A stretch of DNA of 64,000 bases. It comes from Candidatus Bathyarchaeota archaeon (lineage in GTDB: Archaea > Thermoproteota > Bathyarchaeia > Bathyarchaeales > Bathycorpusculaceae). A program made the position numbers and the translations under genes. Of this stretch, positions 10,549-18,542 are shown piece after piece. The notes beneath the pieces are model-generated. The model worked only from the letters and a program-made list of their open reading frames with translations, did not search any database and was not told the origin of the DNA. The stretch is taken from positions 2,496,001-2,560,000 of the forward strand of contig OY969706.1 in the NCBI GenBank assembly GCA_963702095.1, read 5' to 3'. Each line of letters opens with the position of its first letter. Positions within the stretch are counted from its first letter, which is position 1.

Positions 10549-11253
10549 TTAGTTTGGGAATTGTGTATCTCTTATTCCAGTTTCCCCTATTTGTATGTAG
10601 CATACATTTTGCGTTGTTGGCGCGAGTGCTTTTTCGATTGTTGCCTTGATGGTTTGGGGTAACTCGGTGGGTTTGAGGGCGATGATGTTTTCAGCCCAGA
10701 ATTTAAGCACCCGTGTCGCGACCGGCCGTACGCCTGCGTTTTCTTCGCTTATTATGCTGCGGACTTGGCCGGTTAGAACCAGCGGGATCTTTTTGGTTTT
10801 GACTGTCTGCGCCAAAAGAGCTAATTGCCGGTTTAACTCTCGGTTTACGCTAAAAGCCTTGGAGGATTCAGCTGCTTTGGCACTGTAGAGAGAGGTAAAA
10901 GTGTCAATTACGATTAAGCCCACGTTTACAGTGTAATCTTGAATTTGATCGATAAGAGCGGTTTGCTCCCTGAAATCCTTCGGTTTCACCAACACTATTC
11001 GCTCTGCCACAAAATCGAAGCGGTTGCCACAGATTTGAGAGAGCCGTTTAGCAGAGAATGTGTTGTCGCAGTCAACGTAGAGGATTTTGCTGCCTTGAAG
11101 CGCACAGTTGGCGGCGCATTGCATAGCCAGTGTGGATTTACCCGTTTCGGGTTCACCATAGATTAAGGTAACAGTTTGCAGGTTGATGCCCCCACCTAAA
11201 GCTGCGTCGATACATTTGGAGCCCGTTGAGATTTCTGGCATGTTTTCACTCAA
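10549..11253 (-). CDS. radB: RadB-like RecA-family ATPase
   Basis: ISTGSKCIDAALGGG, Walker A GEPETGKST, Walker B LIVID. Confidence 0.8.
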   Translation of the reverse strand: MSENMPEISTGSKCIDAALGGGINLQTVTLIYGEPETGKSTLAMQCAANCALQGSKILYVDCDNTFSAKRLSQICGNRFDFVAERIVLVKPKDFREQTALIDQIQDYTVNVGLIVIDTFTSLYSAKAAESSKAFSVNRELNRQLALLAQTVKTKKIPLVLTGQVRSIISEENAGVRPVATRVLKFWAENIIALKPTELPQTIKATIEKALAPTTQNVCYIQIGETGIRDTQFPN

Positions 11254-11313
11254 GGATTATTAACTTGATGATAGATATTGTGTTTTGCACTTAAACGTTT
11301 AAGGATTGATTTA

Positions 11314-11973
11314 TTGAAAGAAAAAGTTGCAGTTGCAACAGTGCAGGGCAAAGCCTACTTTCTCATAGTCAATATGCTAAGAGAATGCGACATCCCCTTT
11401 GTCAGTGTGGTTCCAGGTGAACCCGTTTCATCCAAGGTTAAGCTTGCCATCACCACTCCAGAGGAACAGCCCAAAGTGGCGTTTGAGAGGGTTCTGGTGT
11501 TTAATGGACAGGAATCGGAGCTGGAGGGGTTAGCGGACGAAGTCAAAAAGCAACTGCTGGGCAAGGAAGCATATGAAAAAGTCGTCATCGGCGTCGACCC
11601 AGGCGCAGCCATAGGATTAGCAGTTATTGCCGACGGCAAAATCATCGAAGAAAACAACTGCTACAGCAGCCACGAATTAATCACCAGCATCCAAAAATGT
11701 CTAAAACTCATCAATTTCCAAATCACCTCGGTAACCGTGAAAATTGGCAACGGCACCCCAGTTTACCATGAATTGCTCGAAGATTTAGATTACGCGTTGC
11801 CGGCGGAAGTAGTTTTGGAGGTAGTTGGAGAAGCTGGAACCAACCGTCCCTTAAAAGAAAATCGACATAGCCGCAAAATTAGACATATTTCTTCAGCTAT
11901 ACATATAGCTGGGCGAGTGGGAAGTTGTGTGCATAGGAGAAAAGCGATTGCGGCAAACAGTCCAACCCAATAA
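11314..11973 (+). CDS. RNase H-fold (YqgF/RuvX-like) hypothetical protein
   Basis: VVIGVDPG-x3-GLAV, VKIGNG, VGEAGT and HISSAIHIA; TTG start assumed. Confidence 0.6.
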   Translation: MKEKVAVATVQGKAYFLIVNMLRECDIPFVSVVPGEPVSSKVKLAITTPEEQPKVAFERVLVFNGQESELEGLADEVKKQLLGKEAYEKVVIGVDPGAAIGLAVIADGKIIEENNCYSSHELITSIQKCLKLINFQITSVTVKIGNGTPVYHELLEDLDYALPAEVVLEVVGEAGTNRPLKENRHSRKIRHISSAIHIAGRVGSCVHRRKAIAANSPTQ

Positions 11974-13033
11974 GACCTTGCTAGTGGATGGCCCAGCTTC
12001 AGTTGAGTTGGTTTCTGGAAAGGTAGAAGTGTTCGCTAACCCCCTAAAAGAAAATCAGCGGATTTTAGTTCGAGAGGGCAAGCGGTTGCCGTTCTATGCC
12101 GTAGAGTCGTCGGTGCTTGAGGTTTTGTTGGGCGCCAATGCATCTGTTAAGGAGGTTGAGGGCAGCACGGTTCCTGAGTCTTGGATGAAACCCGTCCAGA
12201 CAGTGTTGGGATTGACTAAGCGCCCCGTGGTCATAATGGTTTTGGGTGCGGCTGATTCGGGTAAAAGCAGCTTCTGTACCTACATGGTTAACAAGTTGGT
12301 TGAAGCCAAAGGCAAGGTCGCCATTTTGGATGGGGACTTGGGGCAATCTGACATAGGACCCTCTGGAAGCGTGGGTTACGCAGTTGCCTCCAGGCCGATA
12401 ACTGAACTGTATAATATGAGGCTGCAGAACGGATACTTTGTCGGTGTGACTTCGCCGGTGAGAGCTATTGACCAATCTGTTAAAGGCTTGCATGATATGA
12501 TGAATGAAGCTCAGCAGCAGGTTGATTGTATCTTAGTTAACACAGATGGCTTTGTCAGCGGAGAATTAGCCATCAACTACAAGCTTACGATAATTAAAGA
12601 CCTTAAACCCGACGTGGTCGTGGGCGTGCAGGCAAAAGATGAGTTGGAGACTTTAATGTCCTATTTAGGCGGAGGCGGAGTAATGACCGTTGAACCCTCA
12701 ACCGCTTTGAGCCCCCGCAGCGAGGAAAAACGTCGAATCCTCCGAGAAATGACCTACAGCAAATACCTCAAAAAATCCAAACTCCAAAGCTACCCCCTAA
12801 GCCAAATCACCGTTGAACCCCGAAACGCAGTGCCCAAAAAACAGGAGCCTGACAAAGGAGTCCTCGTCGGCTTATACGGGCGCGGCACCAAGTTTTTAGG
12901 CATCGGCGTCCTTCGGGCAATAAACTCTGAAAGGAAAACCCTGAAGGTTGAGACTTCTGTTTCAGCAAAACCTCTGCGAGTGGTTATTGGCAAAGTGCTT
13001 TTGAACCGTAAGCTGCAGGAAGCTCAGGATTGA
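11948..13033 (+). CDS. Clp1/Grc3-family polynucleotide 5'-hydroxyl kinase
   Basis: LVDGPAS, P-loop GAADSGKSS, DGDLGQSDIGP, NTDG, lid RSEEKRRILRE. Confidence 0.9.
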   Translation: MRQTVQPNKTLLVDGPASVELVSGKVEVFANPLKENQRILVREGKRLPFYAVESSVLEVLLGANASVKEVEGSTVPESWMKPVQTVLGLTKRPVVIMVLGAADSGKSSFCTYMVNKLVEAKGKVAILDGDLGQSDIGPSGSVGYAVASRPITELYNMRLQNGYFVGVTSPVRAIDQSVKGLHDMMNEAQQQVDCILVNTDGFVSGELAINYKLTIIKDLKPDVVVGVQAKDELETLMSYLGGGGVMTVEPSTALSPRSEEKRRILREMTYSKYLKKSKLQSYPLSQITVEPRNAVPKKQEPDKGVLVGLYGRGTKFLGIGVLRAINSERKTLKVETSVSAKPLRVVIGKVLLNRKLQEAQD

Positions 13034-14988
13034 TTGGTAAAAAAATTGCGGACCGCCTGAGCTAAGACGCCTGGCTTGTTTTCTAGGGACTTCATTGCGC
13101 TTGTTATCCATGTTGGCAGGAAGCCTTTGCAGTAGGCGGTTCCAAAGCGGTAATCCAAGAATATTATGGCTCCTTTATCGTCGAGGGTACGTATGGGTCT
13201 GCCTGCTGCCTGCGACGCCTTCTTCATAGCCGGCAAAACATAGCCGTATTCGCGCCCGTGTCCCGGGAAGCAATGTTCGTAGTAGTCGATTTGCGCTTTA
13301 ACTCGGGGCGTGGGCTCAGCATAGGGGACACCGACCACGACAACCGAGTTCATTTGGTTGCCCGGGAAATCCACACCCTCGGAGGTCCGCCCGCCCTGCA
13401 CGCCCAAGAAAACTGCGCCGCCTCGCTCGCCGCATGCCTTGAAATCCTGCACTATCTTCTCGTTGACTTTGGAGGTCATGCCGCTTTTCTCGTGGTAAAG
13501 CGGTTTTAGCAGGTGCTGTTCAAGTCCCTCGGCGAGCAATGCGTTTAGGACTTGGAAGCTCGCAGCGAAGATGCCTGTGTTGGTTGGGGTGCTGTTGACG
13601 ACTTCGTTTATGCGGTCAATCATTATCTGGTACATTTGGGGGGTGCGCTTCTCCATCGACGTGGTGACGCCTAAGACGACGGCGGAGAAAACATGTTCTC
13701 TGGGAAACGGTGAAGGCGCGAGATAATGCACGGTGCTCTGGGGGAGCTTGGTGATGCGTGCGTAGGCTTCCAATGGCTGCAGAGTGCCAGACATGATTAC
13801 GTTGGCGTAGGTGGCTGAGAAGACTGGTTCAGTGATTTTAGCGGGATCCAAAGCGACGATTTCTAGTTTACCGGTTTTGCTGTTTTCTTTGTTGAAGTAT
13901 TTGCTTGCAACGTTAATGTAGGAGTCGTCTTCTACTGTGTCAATCCATTTCTGGAGGTACTCGCCCACGGCGTTGACGTAGCTGCGGGGGTTTTTGCCCT
14001 CAGAAAGCATTGCTTTTTTGATGGCAACGCCTGCCTCGTGGATGTGCGTGAAGAATTCTCGGGGTTTAGTGATGTTGCCTTGTTTCTCGATGATTTCGGT
14101 GATTCGGCTGGGGGAGATGACTTCTTCTTTGCGGATTTGGTCGGTTAACTTGTCGAGTTCTGTTCGGAAGAAGCGGGTGAAGCCTTCGATGTCTCGGTAC
14201 CCGTATCTGTCTGCTTCCATCTCCGCCTGTTTGAGCACAAAAAGCGTCAGTTGACTGCTTGAAATGTCTATGGCGGTTTCAGGCAGGTTGTGGGCTTCGT
14301 CAACCACTAAAATAATCTTTGACAGGTCAGTTTCGAGGTTCTTAAGAAACATAGTGCGGATAACAGGGTCAAAAACATAGAGGTAGCTCAGCGCTATGAC
14401 TCGTGCGTCTGAGATGGCGCCTTTGACCAGTTCGTAGGCACAGAGTTCTTTTTTCTTGCAGGCACGCAGAATTTCGGAGCCCATGTAGGGGCGCCTTGCG
14501 ACTTCCTGCTGCATCGACAGGTACTCATAGGTCCGATTTTCCACGTTGGCGTAGTAGGGGCAGCGGCTTTTGGCTTTTAGGAGTTCACAGACTTCCATGA
14601 GTGATTTGGAGTCAAACGCGCCTTTGGAGGCGGAGAGGTTGAGGCACATTTCGTTGCGTCCGCGGATGGAAACGCCAGTGACTGGGCGGCGCTTGTAGAC
14701 GGCGCGGAGTTCTTCTATGACACGGTCGTGTTGGCGGTGGGTTCGGGCAACGTAGAGGATTTTGAGGTTTTTCTTCATAGCCACCGGCAGGCATGCGGAG
14801 AGGGCCGAGATGGTTTTGCCTAAGCCGTTGGCGCCTTCTATGAGGACGCTTTTGCGGTCGTTGACGGCTTGGTTAACAGTGGTTATGAAACCGTCTTGGT
14901 GGGGACGGGGGCTACCATAGGGGAAGTATTCGAGGACTTCAGCAGGCAGCTTTAGCCCAGTAGAGTTCGCAGTCGCGTTGGTACTCAT
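13024..14988 (-). CDS. xpd: XPD/Rad3 Fe-S DNA helicase
   Basis: GANGLGKT, ARTHRQ, four Fe-S cysteines, DEAHN, SGTL, SEGVDF, QAAGRPIR. Confidence 0.93.
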   Translation of the reverse strand: MSTNATANSTGLKLPAEVLEYFPYGSPRPHQDGFITTVNQAVNDRKSVLIEGANGLGKTISALSACLPVAMKKNLKILYVARTHRQHDRVIEELRAVYKRRPVTGVSIRGRNEMCLNLSASKGAFDSKSLMEVCELLKAKSRCPYYANVENRTYEYLSMQQEVARRPYMGSEILRACKKKELCAYELVKGAISDARVIALSYLYVFDPVIRTMFLKNLETDLSKIILVVDEAHNLPETAIDISSSQLTLFVLKQAEMEADRYGYRDIEGFTRFFRTELDKLTDQIRKEEVISPSRITEIIEKQGNITKPREFFTHIHEAGVAIKKAMLSEGKNPRSYVNAVGEYLQKWIDTVEDDSYINVASKYFNKENSKTGKLEIVALDPAKITEPVFSATYANVIMSGTLQPLEAYARITKLPQSTVHYLAPSPFPREHVFSAVVLGVTTSMEKRTPQMYQIMIDRINEVVNSTPTNTGIFAASFQVLNALLAEGLEQHLLKPLYHEKSGMTSKVNEKIVQDFKACGERGGAVFLGVQGGRTSEGVDFPGNQMNSVVVVGVPYAEPTPRVKAQIDYYEHCFPGHGREYGYVLPAMKKASQAAGRPIRTLDDKGAIIFLDYRFGTAYCKGFLPTWITSAMKSLENKPGVLAQAVRNFFTNQS

Positions 14989-15710
14989 GCTGAAACCCCC
15001 TTAGATGGGCAGAGGCTGTTCACTGGGCAACTTTGGCAGAGGGTTTTTTGGGCTCTGCAGTACTTGCGTCCCAACGCAATCAACAACAAATGCACCGAAA
15101 GGTAATCCTTAGGGTCAAAAAACGATTGCAAACTAACCCGTACAGTCTCATAATCGCCCCTTGCAGGCGCCAGTCCAAGCCGCTTCGAAACCCGATTCAC
15201 ATGCGTATCCACCGGCACCGTGGGCTTGTTTGCACAGAAAAGCAGCACCACATCGGCGGTTTTAGGACCGACGCCCTGCATTGCCATAAGTGCCTTGCGA
15301 GCTTCCTCCACTGGCAGAGCTATTACTGTGTCGAGTGTTCCCCCGTAAGTTTCAAGGATGACTTTGGCGGCGTTCTGGATTGCCCTAGCCTTACTTTGCC
15401 ACAACCCGCCGATTCGGATGCACTCTTCAATCTGGCTTATCGGCGCAGACTCGAGGGCTTGGGGGGTTATCGGATACTTTTCTTGGAGTTTATGGAAGGC
15501 GCGTTCGGTGTTGGTGTCGGCAGTGTTCTGGGAAATAATTGTGACAACTAAGGTTTCAAACGGGTCCGCGCAGGCTTTGACGAGGCGGGGCAGCTTTAGC
15601 GTTTCTTTCAAGGTTGCCAGAATTGCCGCTGAGTTGAGTTGTGTTTCCGTTTCCCTTCGCCCCGACTTTGGAATACAGCCAATATTGCTTGTTCTGGCTA
15701 TAAATACCAT
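14985..15710 (-). CDS. nth: Endonuclease III (HhH-GPD, 4Fe-4S)
   Basis: IISQNT, GVGPKTA, VPVDTHV, C-x6-C-x2-C-x5-C. Confidence 0.93.
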   Translation of the reverse strand: MVFIARTSNIGCIPKSGRRETETQLNSAAILATLKETLKLPRLVKACADPFETLVVTIISQNTADTNTERAFHKLQEKYPITPQALESAPISQIEECIRIGGLWQSKARAIQNAAKVILETYGGTLDTVIALPVEEARKALMAMQGVGPKTADVVLLFCANKPTVPVDTHVNRVSKRLGLAPARGDYETVRVSLQSFFDPKDYLSVHLLLIALGRKYCRAQKTLCQSCPVNSLCPSKGVSA

Positions 15711-15759
15711 CTTAACAGGAAAAAGGAAAACTCGATTAGAATATTTAAGTAAAAGCCTG

Positions 15760-16170
15760 CTATGGAGCTTCCTTTCTGGCGTTGAAGTAGCTGAATAGGA
15801 ATAAAGCGGTTAGTACACATTGAATCACCAAGCTCGGCATGACGGATTGGAATGGAATCAACTCCGTTGCGGCTGCGTAAACGTTGTTTGCAGCCAAACC
15901 GAAAATCACAGGGAAGACGGTTAAGAGCAGTATGCCTTTGCGTTCGAGGGGTTTTCTGTCAGCCCAAACCAGCAGCCCAGTCCAAGCCCACATCAACGCG
16001 CTCGCTATTACGAGTGCAAAGTTGAGTGTGGCGTTGGGAATGTAGCCGGTTAAGCCGTTGAAGTATGCCCAGAAATCTGGCAGAAGAAGCTGAATAGCAA
16101 CCACTCCGTCTATGACAGCGCCAAGCCAGAAGCTAACCCGTAGAAGGAGGATGCGTTGCCGCCTGTTCAT
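15760..16170 (-). CDS. Hypothetical 4-TM membrane protein
   Basis: Hydrophobic ORF with WADRKPLERKG; overlaps the upstream stop (ATGA). Confidence 0.75.
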   Translation of the reverse strand: MNRRQRILLLRVSFWLGAVIDGVVAIQLLLPDFWAYFNGLTGYIPNATLNFALVIASALMWAWTGLLVWADRKPLERKGILLLTVFPVIFGLAANNVYAAATELIPFQSVMPSLVIQCVLTALFLFSYFNARKEAP

Positions 16171-16430
16171 GCTCTTGGCTCTGCTGCGAATCTGCTTGTG
16201 AAAGCGTCCTTAACCGTGTAGGTCAGGTTGTTTTTTAGGTCTTGGTAGCAGAAGCTTAAGCGTTTTGCGTCCTCTCTGGACATGCCTGCAGCCTGCATCT
16301 GCTTCTCAAACGCACGCCGTGTCTTGCGCACTCTGGTGCCCAACGTCAGGTATGCCCAGAGCAGGCTGAGCACCAGAAGCGAAATATGAGGAGTCGCCTT
16401 AACCAGCGACTTCACGAATGGGGCGCTCAT
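16167..16430 (-). CDS. Small hypothetical protein with one TM segment
   Basis: Operon position; GGTGA ribosome-binding site before the ATG. Confidence 0.7.
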   Translation of the reverse strand: MSAPFVKSLVKATPHISLLVLSLLWAYLTLGTRVRKTRRAFEKQMQAAGMSREDAKRLSFCYQDLKNNLTYTVKDAFTSRFAAEPRA

Positions 16431-16461
16431 TGCGGTTCACCCTAAGGATACAGGAGAAGGT

Positions 16462-16824
16462 TTACTCCTGTTCCTCTTCTTTTTCTTTGATTTTTTGGTG
16501 GATGCGTTCTTTTATGTGGTCGCTGAAGTCGTCGCCGTGTCCGAAGCCGCCTCTGCCCATGTTTCGCATCATGTCGCCTAAGCTAGTGAAGGTCCGCATG
16601 TACTCTTCAGTGAGTTTCACTGCTACCGCGTCTGGTAAGCCGCCGTTTTTGAGTTCAGTGTAGTAGGCTGCTGCTGCTTTGCCCATGTTGCGTCCTGCTT
16701 CCTCACTGAAAATCGAGGAGAGAATGCTTTTTATCATGGAGGGAATTTCGGTGGAGACTACTCCGAGGATTTCTTTGATGGTTTCTGCATCCATTTCTTT
16801 GTCCATTTTTCCGTTGTGTGCCAT
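16462..16824 (-). CDS. Conserved archaeal helical hypothetical protein
   Basis: GAGGTGA ribosome-binding site before ATG 16824; SEEAGRNMGKAAAAYYTELKNGGLP. Confidence 0.75.
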   Translation of the reverse strand: MAHNGKMDKEMDAETIKEILGVVSTEIPSMIKSILSSIFSEEAGRNMGKAAAAYYTELKNGGLPDAVAVKLTEEYMRTFTSLGDMMRNMGRGGFGHGDDFSDHIKERIHQKIKEKEEEQE

Positions 16825-16853
16825 TTTCAGTTCACCTCTAAATCCATTAGGGG

Positions 16854-16903
16854 TGGTCACTGTAGTTAGGGGTTCTGTGCAAAAGTGACCAGCCGACTGG
16901 TCA
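16854..16903 (-). promoter_or_regulatory. Putative operator: GGTCAC-N24-GTGACC plus TGACCAG-N4-CTGGTCA
   Basis: Two inverted repeats seen directly; 30/40 nt identical to 17474-17513. Confidence 0.6.
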
Positions 16904-16918
16904 GCGAAACACCAAAAA

Positions 16919-17437
16919 TCAACAGATGGCGAAGGTGTAGGTGTATTTTCCCTTCACCTTCAAGCAAAACAAGCCTGAGTCGGTCACTTTGGAGAGGATT
17001 TCGTCTTCTCCGAAATGGTGATCGCTAAAAGACAGCATGCCGGTAGGTTTGAGGACTCGGTGAATTTCCTTTAAAACACCGTTCTGATCTTTCAAGCCGT
17101 GGAAGACATCGTAGAGCAACACGGCGTCCAACTCTGCGTTGCCAAGGAGAATGCCGCCCCCGCTTGAGAGGATTGTTTCGACGTTTTTGAGGTTGTGTTT
17201 AGCGATGATTTTGTTGACCATTTCGATGGCGGCGGGGTTGATGTCTAATGCATAGAGTTTGCCCGTGACACCTATAGCCTCTGAAGTGACAAACACATAG
17301 CCGCCGGGTCCGCACCCGAAATCCAGCACATGAAAGCCGCTTTTCAGCCCTACTTCGTCGATTATTTCTTTTCTAGGCTTTAAAGCGTCTCGAACTTTAA
17401 AACCCAAAGCCATCGTTTTAAACCCAATGCTTGACAT
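16919..17437 (-). CDS. Class I SAM-dependent methyltransferase (UbiE-like)
   Basis: VLDFGCGPG, YALDIN, LYDVFH, RVLKPTG. Confidence 0.9.
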   Translation of the reverse strand: MSSIGFKTMALGFKVRDALKPRKEIIDEVGLKSGFHVLDFGCGPGGYVFVTSEAIGVTGKLYALDINPAAIEMVNKIIAKHNLKNVETILSSGGGILLGNAELDAVLLYDVFHGLKDQNGVLKEIHRVLKPTGMLSFSDHHFGEDEILSKVTDSGLFCLKVKGKYTYTFAIC

Positions 17438-17473
17438 AACTCACACATCACATTGCTCTACAGTATTATAGGC

Positions 17474-17513
17474 TGGTCACTGCTTTTGGGTTTTTTGAGC
17501 AAAAGTGGTCAGC
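17474..17513 (-). promoter_or_regulatory. Second copy of the putative operator
   Basis: TGGTCACTG-N16-GCAAAAGTGGTCAGC with the same spacing as the 16854 copy. Confidence 0.6.
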
Positions 17514-17519
17514 GGCGGG

Positions 17520-17978
17520 TCAGGTCTTCTTGTATAAACCCGTCAGTTCCGCTTCAGCCAACAGATGACCCGCCAATGCTTTCTCGAGATCTTTTCTGCC
17601 CTTATTAGCATCAAGCGTTAACATGGCGTCAAGCGCGTATATTTTGAAGCGGTACTTGTGGGTGCCAAACGGCGGTTTAGGTCCCAAGTAAACGTGTTTA
17701 CCAAACCCGTTCTTGCCCAAGACGCCGACGTGGGTGTCTTCATCGATGTGGTCTGTGGGCGGTATGTTCCAAACCACCCAATGCGTACCCAGCCCCATAG
17801 GAATGCTTAAGTCGACAAGGGTTAACGCTAAACTTCGAGCGTTGGATGGCAAACCTTCAATGTGCAGTGGCGGGTTAACTTCGTCGCCGTCTCCGCTGTA
17901 CTTTTTAGGTATGAGGCCGCCGTTTTCGAAGGCGGGACTGCTAAGAGTTAGGGGTTTACTCATTTTTGGGCACTTCAC
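17520..17978 (-). CDS. YbhB/YbcL (PEBP) family protein
   Basis: LSSPAFENG, NPPL, THWVVWNIP, GPKPPFGTHKYRFKIYALD. Confidence 0.9.
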   Translation of the reverse strand: MKCPKMSKPLTLSSPAFENGGLIPKKYSGDGDEVNPPLHIEGLPSNARSLALTLVDLSIPMGLGTHWVVWNIPPTDHIDEDTHVGVLGKNGFGKHVYLGPKPPFGTHKYRFKIYALDAMLTLDANKGRKDLEKALAGHLLAEAELTGLYKKT

Positions 17979-18436
17979 TTTTTGTCGGTTGATTCGCCGG
18001 ACGTTTTCTGTGCTAAATCGTAAGTAGACGGGTTGGTCTCTGTCTTTTGCAGGACGCCTTGGTCGTGGAGTTTGACGATTCTTTCGCGGATGATGCGTCG
18101 GCTGGCTTTGCCCCTCATCGCGATGACTTGGCGGGTTATGGCGGAGATGTTTAGGGGTCCTTTGACGGCTAAGGCTTGGATTATGCAGCGGATGATTTCG
18201 TCTTGGGAGAGCTGTTTTTGTTCGAGGAAGGTTTGGGCTTTTTTGAGACGGCTGGCGACTTTGAGGGGTTCGCCGTACATGCCTATGCCTGCTCGGGTGA
18301 GTTTGAGAGCGGCGGTGAAGCCTTCGTATTCGGGTTTTTCCACGATAAGGTTTTCAAGCAGGTCTAGGCGTCGCAGGATTTGGTCTAGTTTTTTGCTAAG
18401 TTGCTCATAGGCTATCGCCTGAATCAGATGTCGCAC
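17975..18436 (-). CDS. Winged-helix transcriptional regulator with N-terminal coiled coil; start uncertain
   Basis: IIQALAVKGPLNISAITRQV...ASRRIIRERIVKLHDQGVL. Confidence 0.7.
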   Translation of the reverse strand: MRHLIQAIAYEQLSKKLDQILRRLDLLENLIVEKPEYEGFTAALKLTRAGIGMYGEPLKVASRLKKAQTFLEQKQLSQDEIIRCIIQALAVKGPLNISAITRQVIAMRGKASRRIIRERIVKLHDQGVLQKTETNPSTYDLAQKTSGESTDKK

Positions 18437-18542
18437 TCAAGGGGTTCCCTGCTTGGACAGTGTGGATTTGTCGTTGTTCATTATTAAGCTTAAACACTAT
18501 AGAAAGAGCACTCTAAATAGTTAGGCACAGATTAGACTACAT

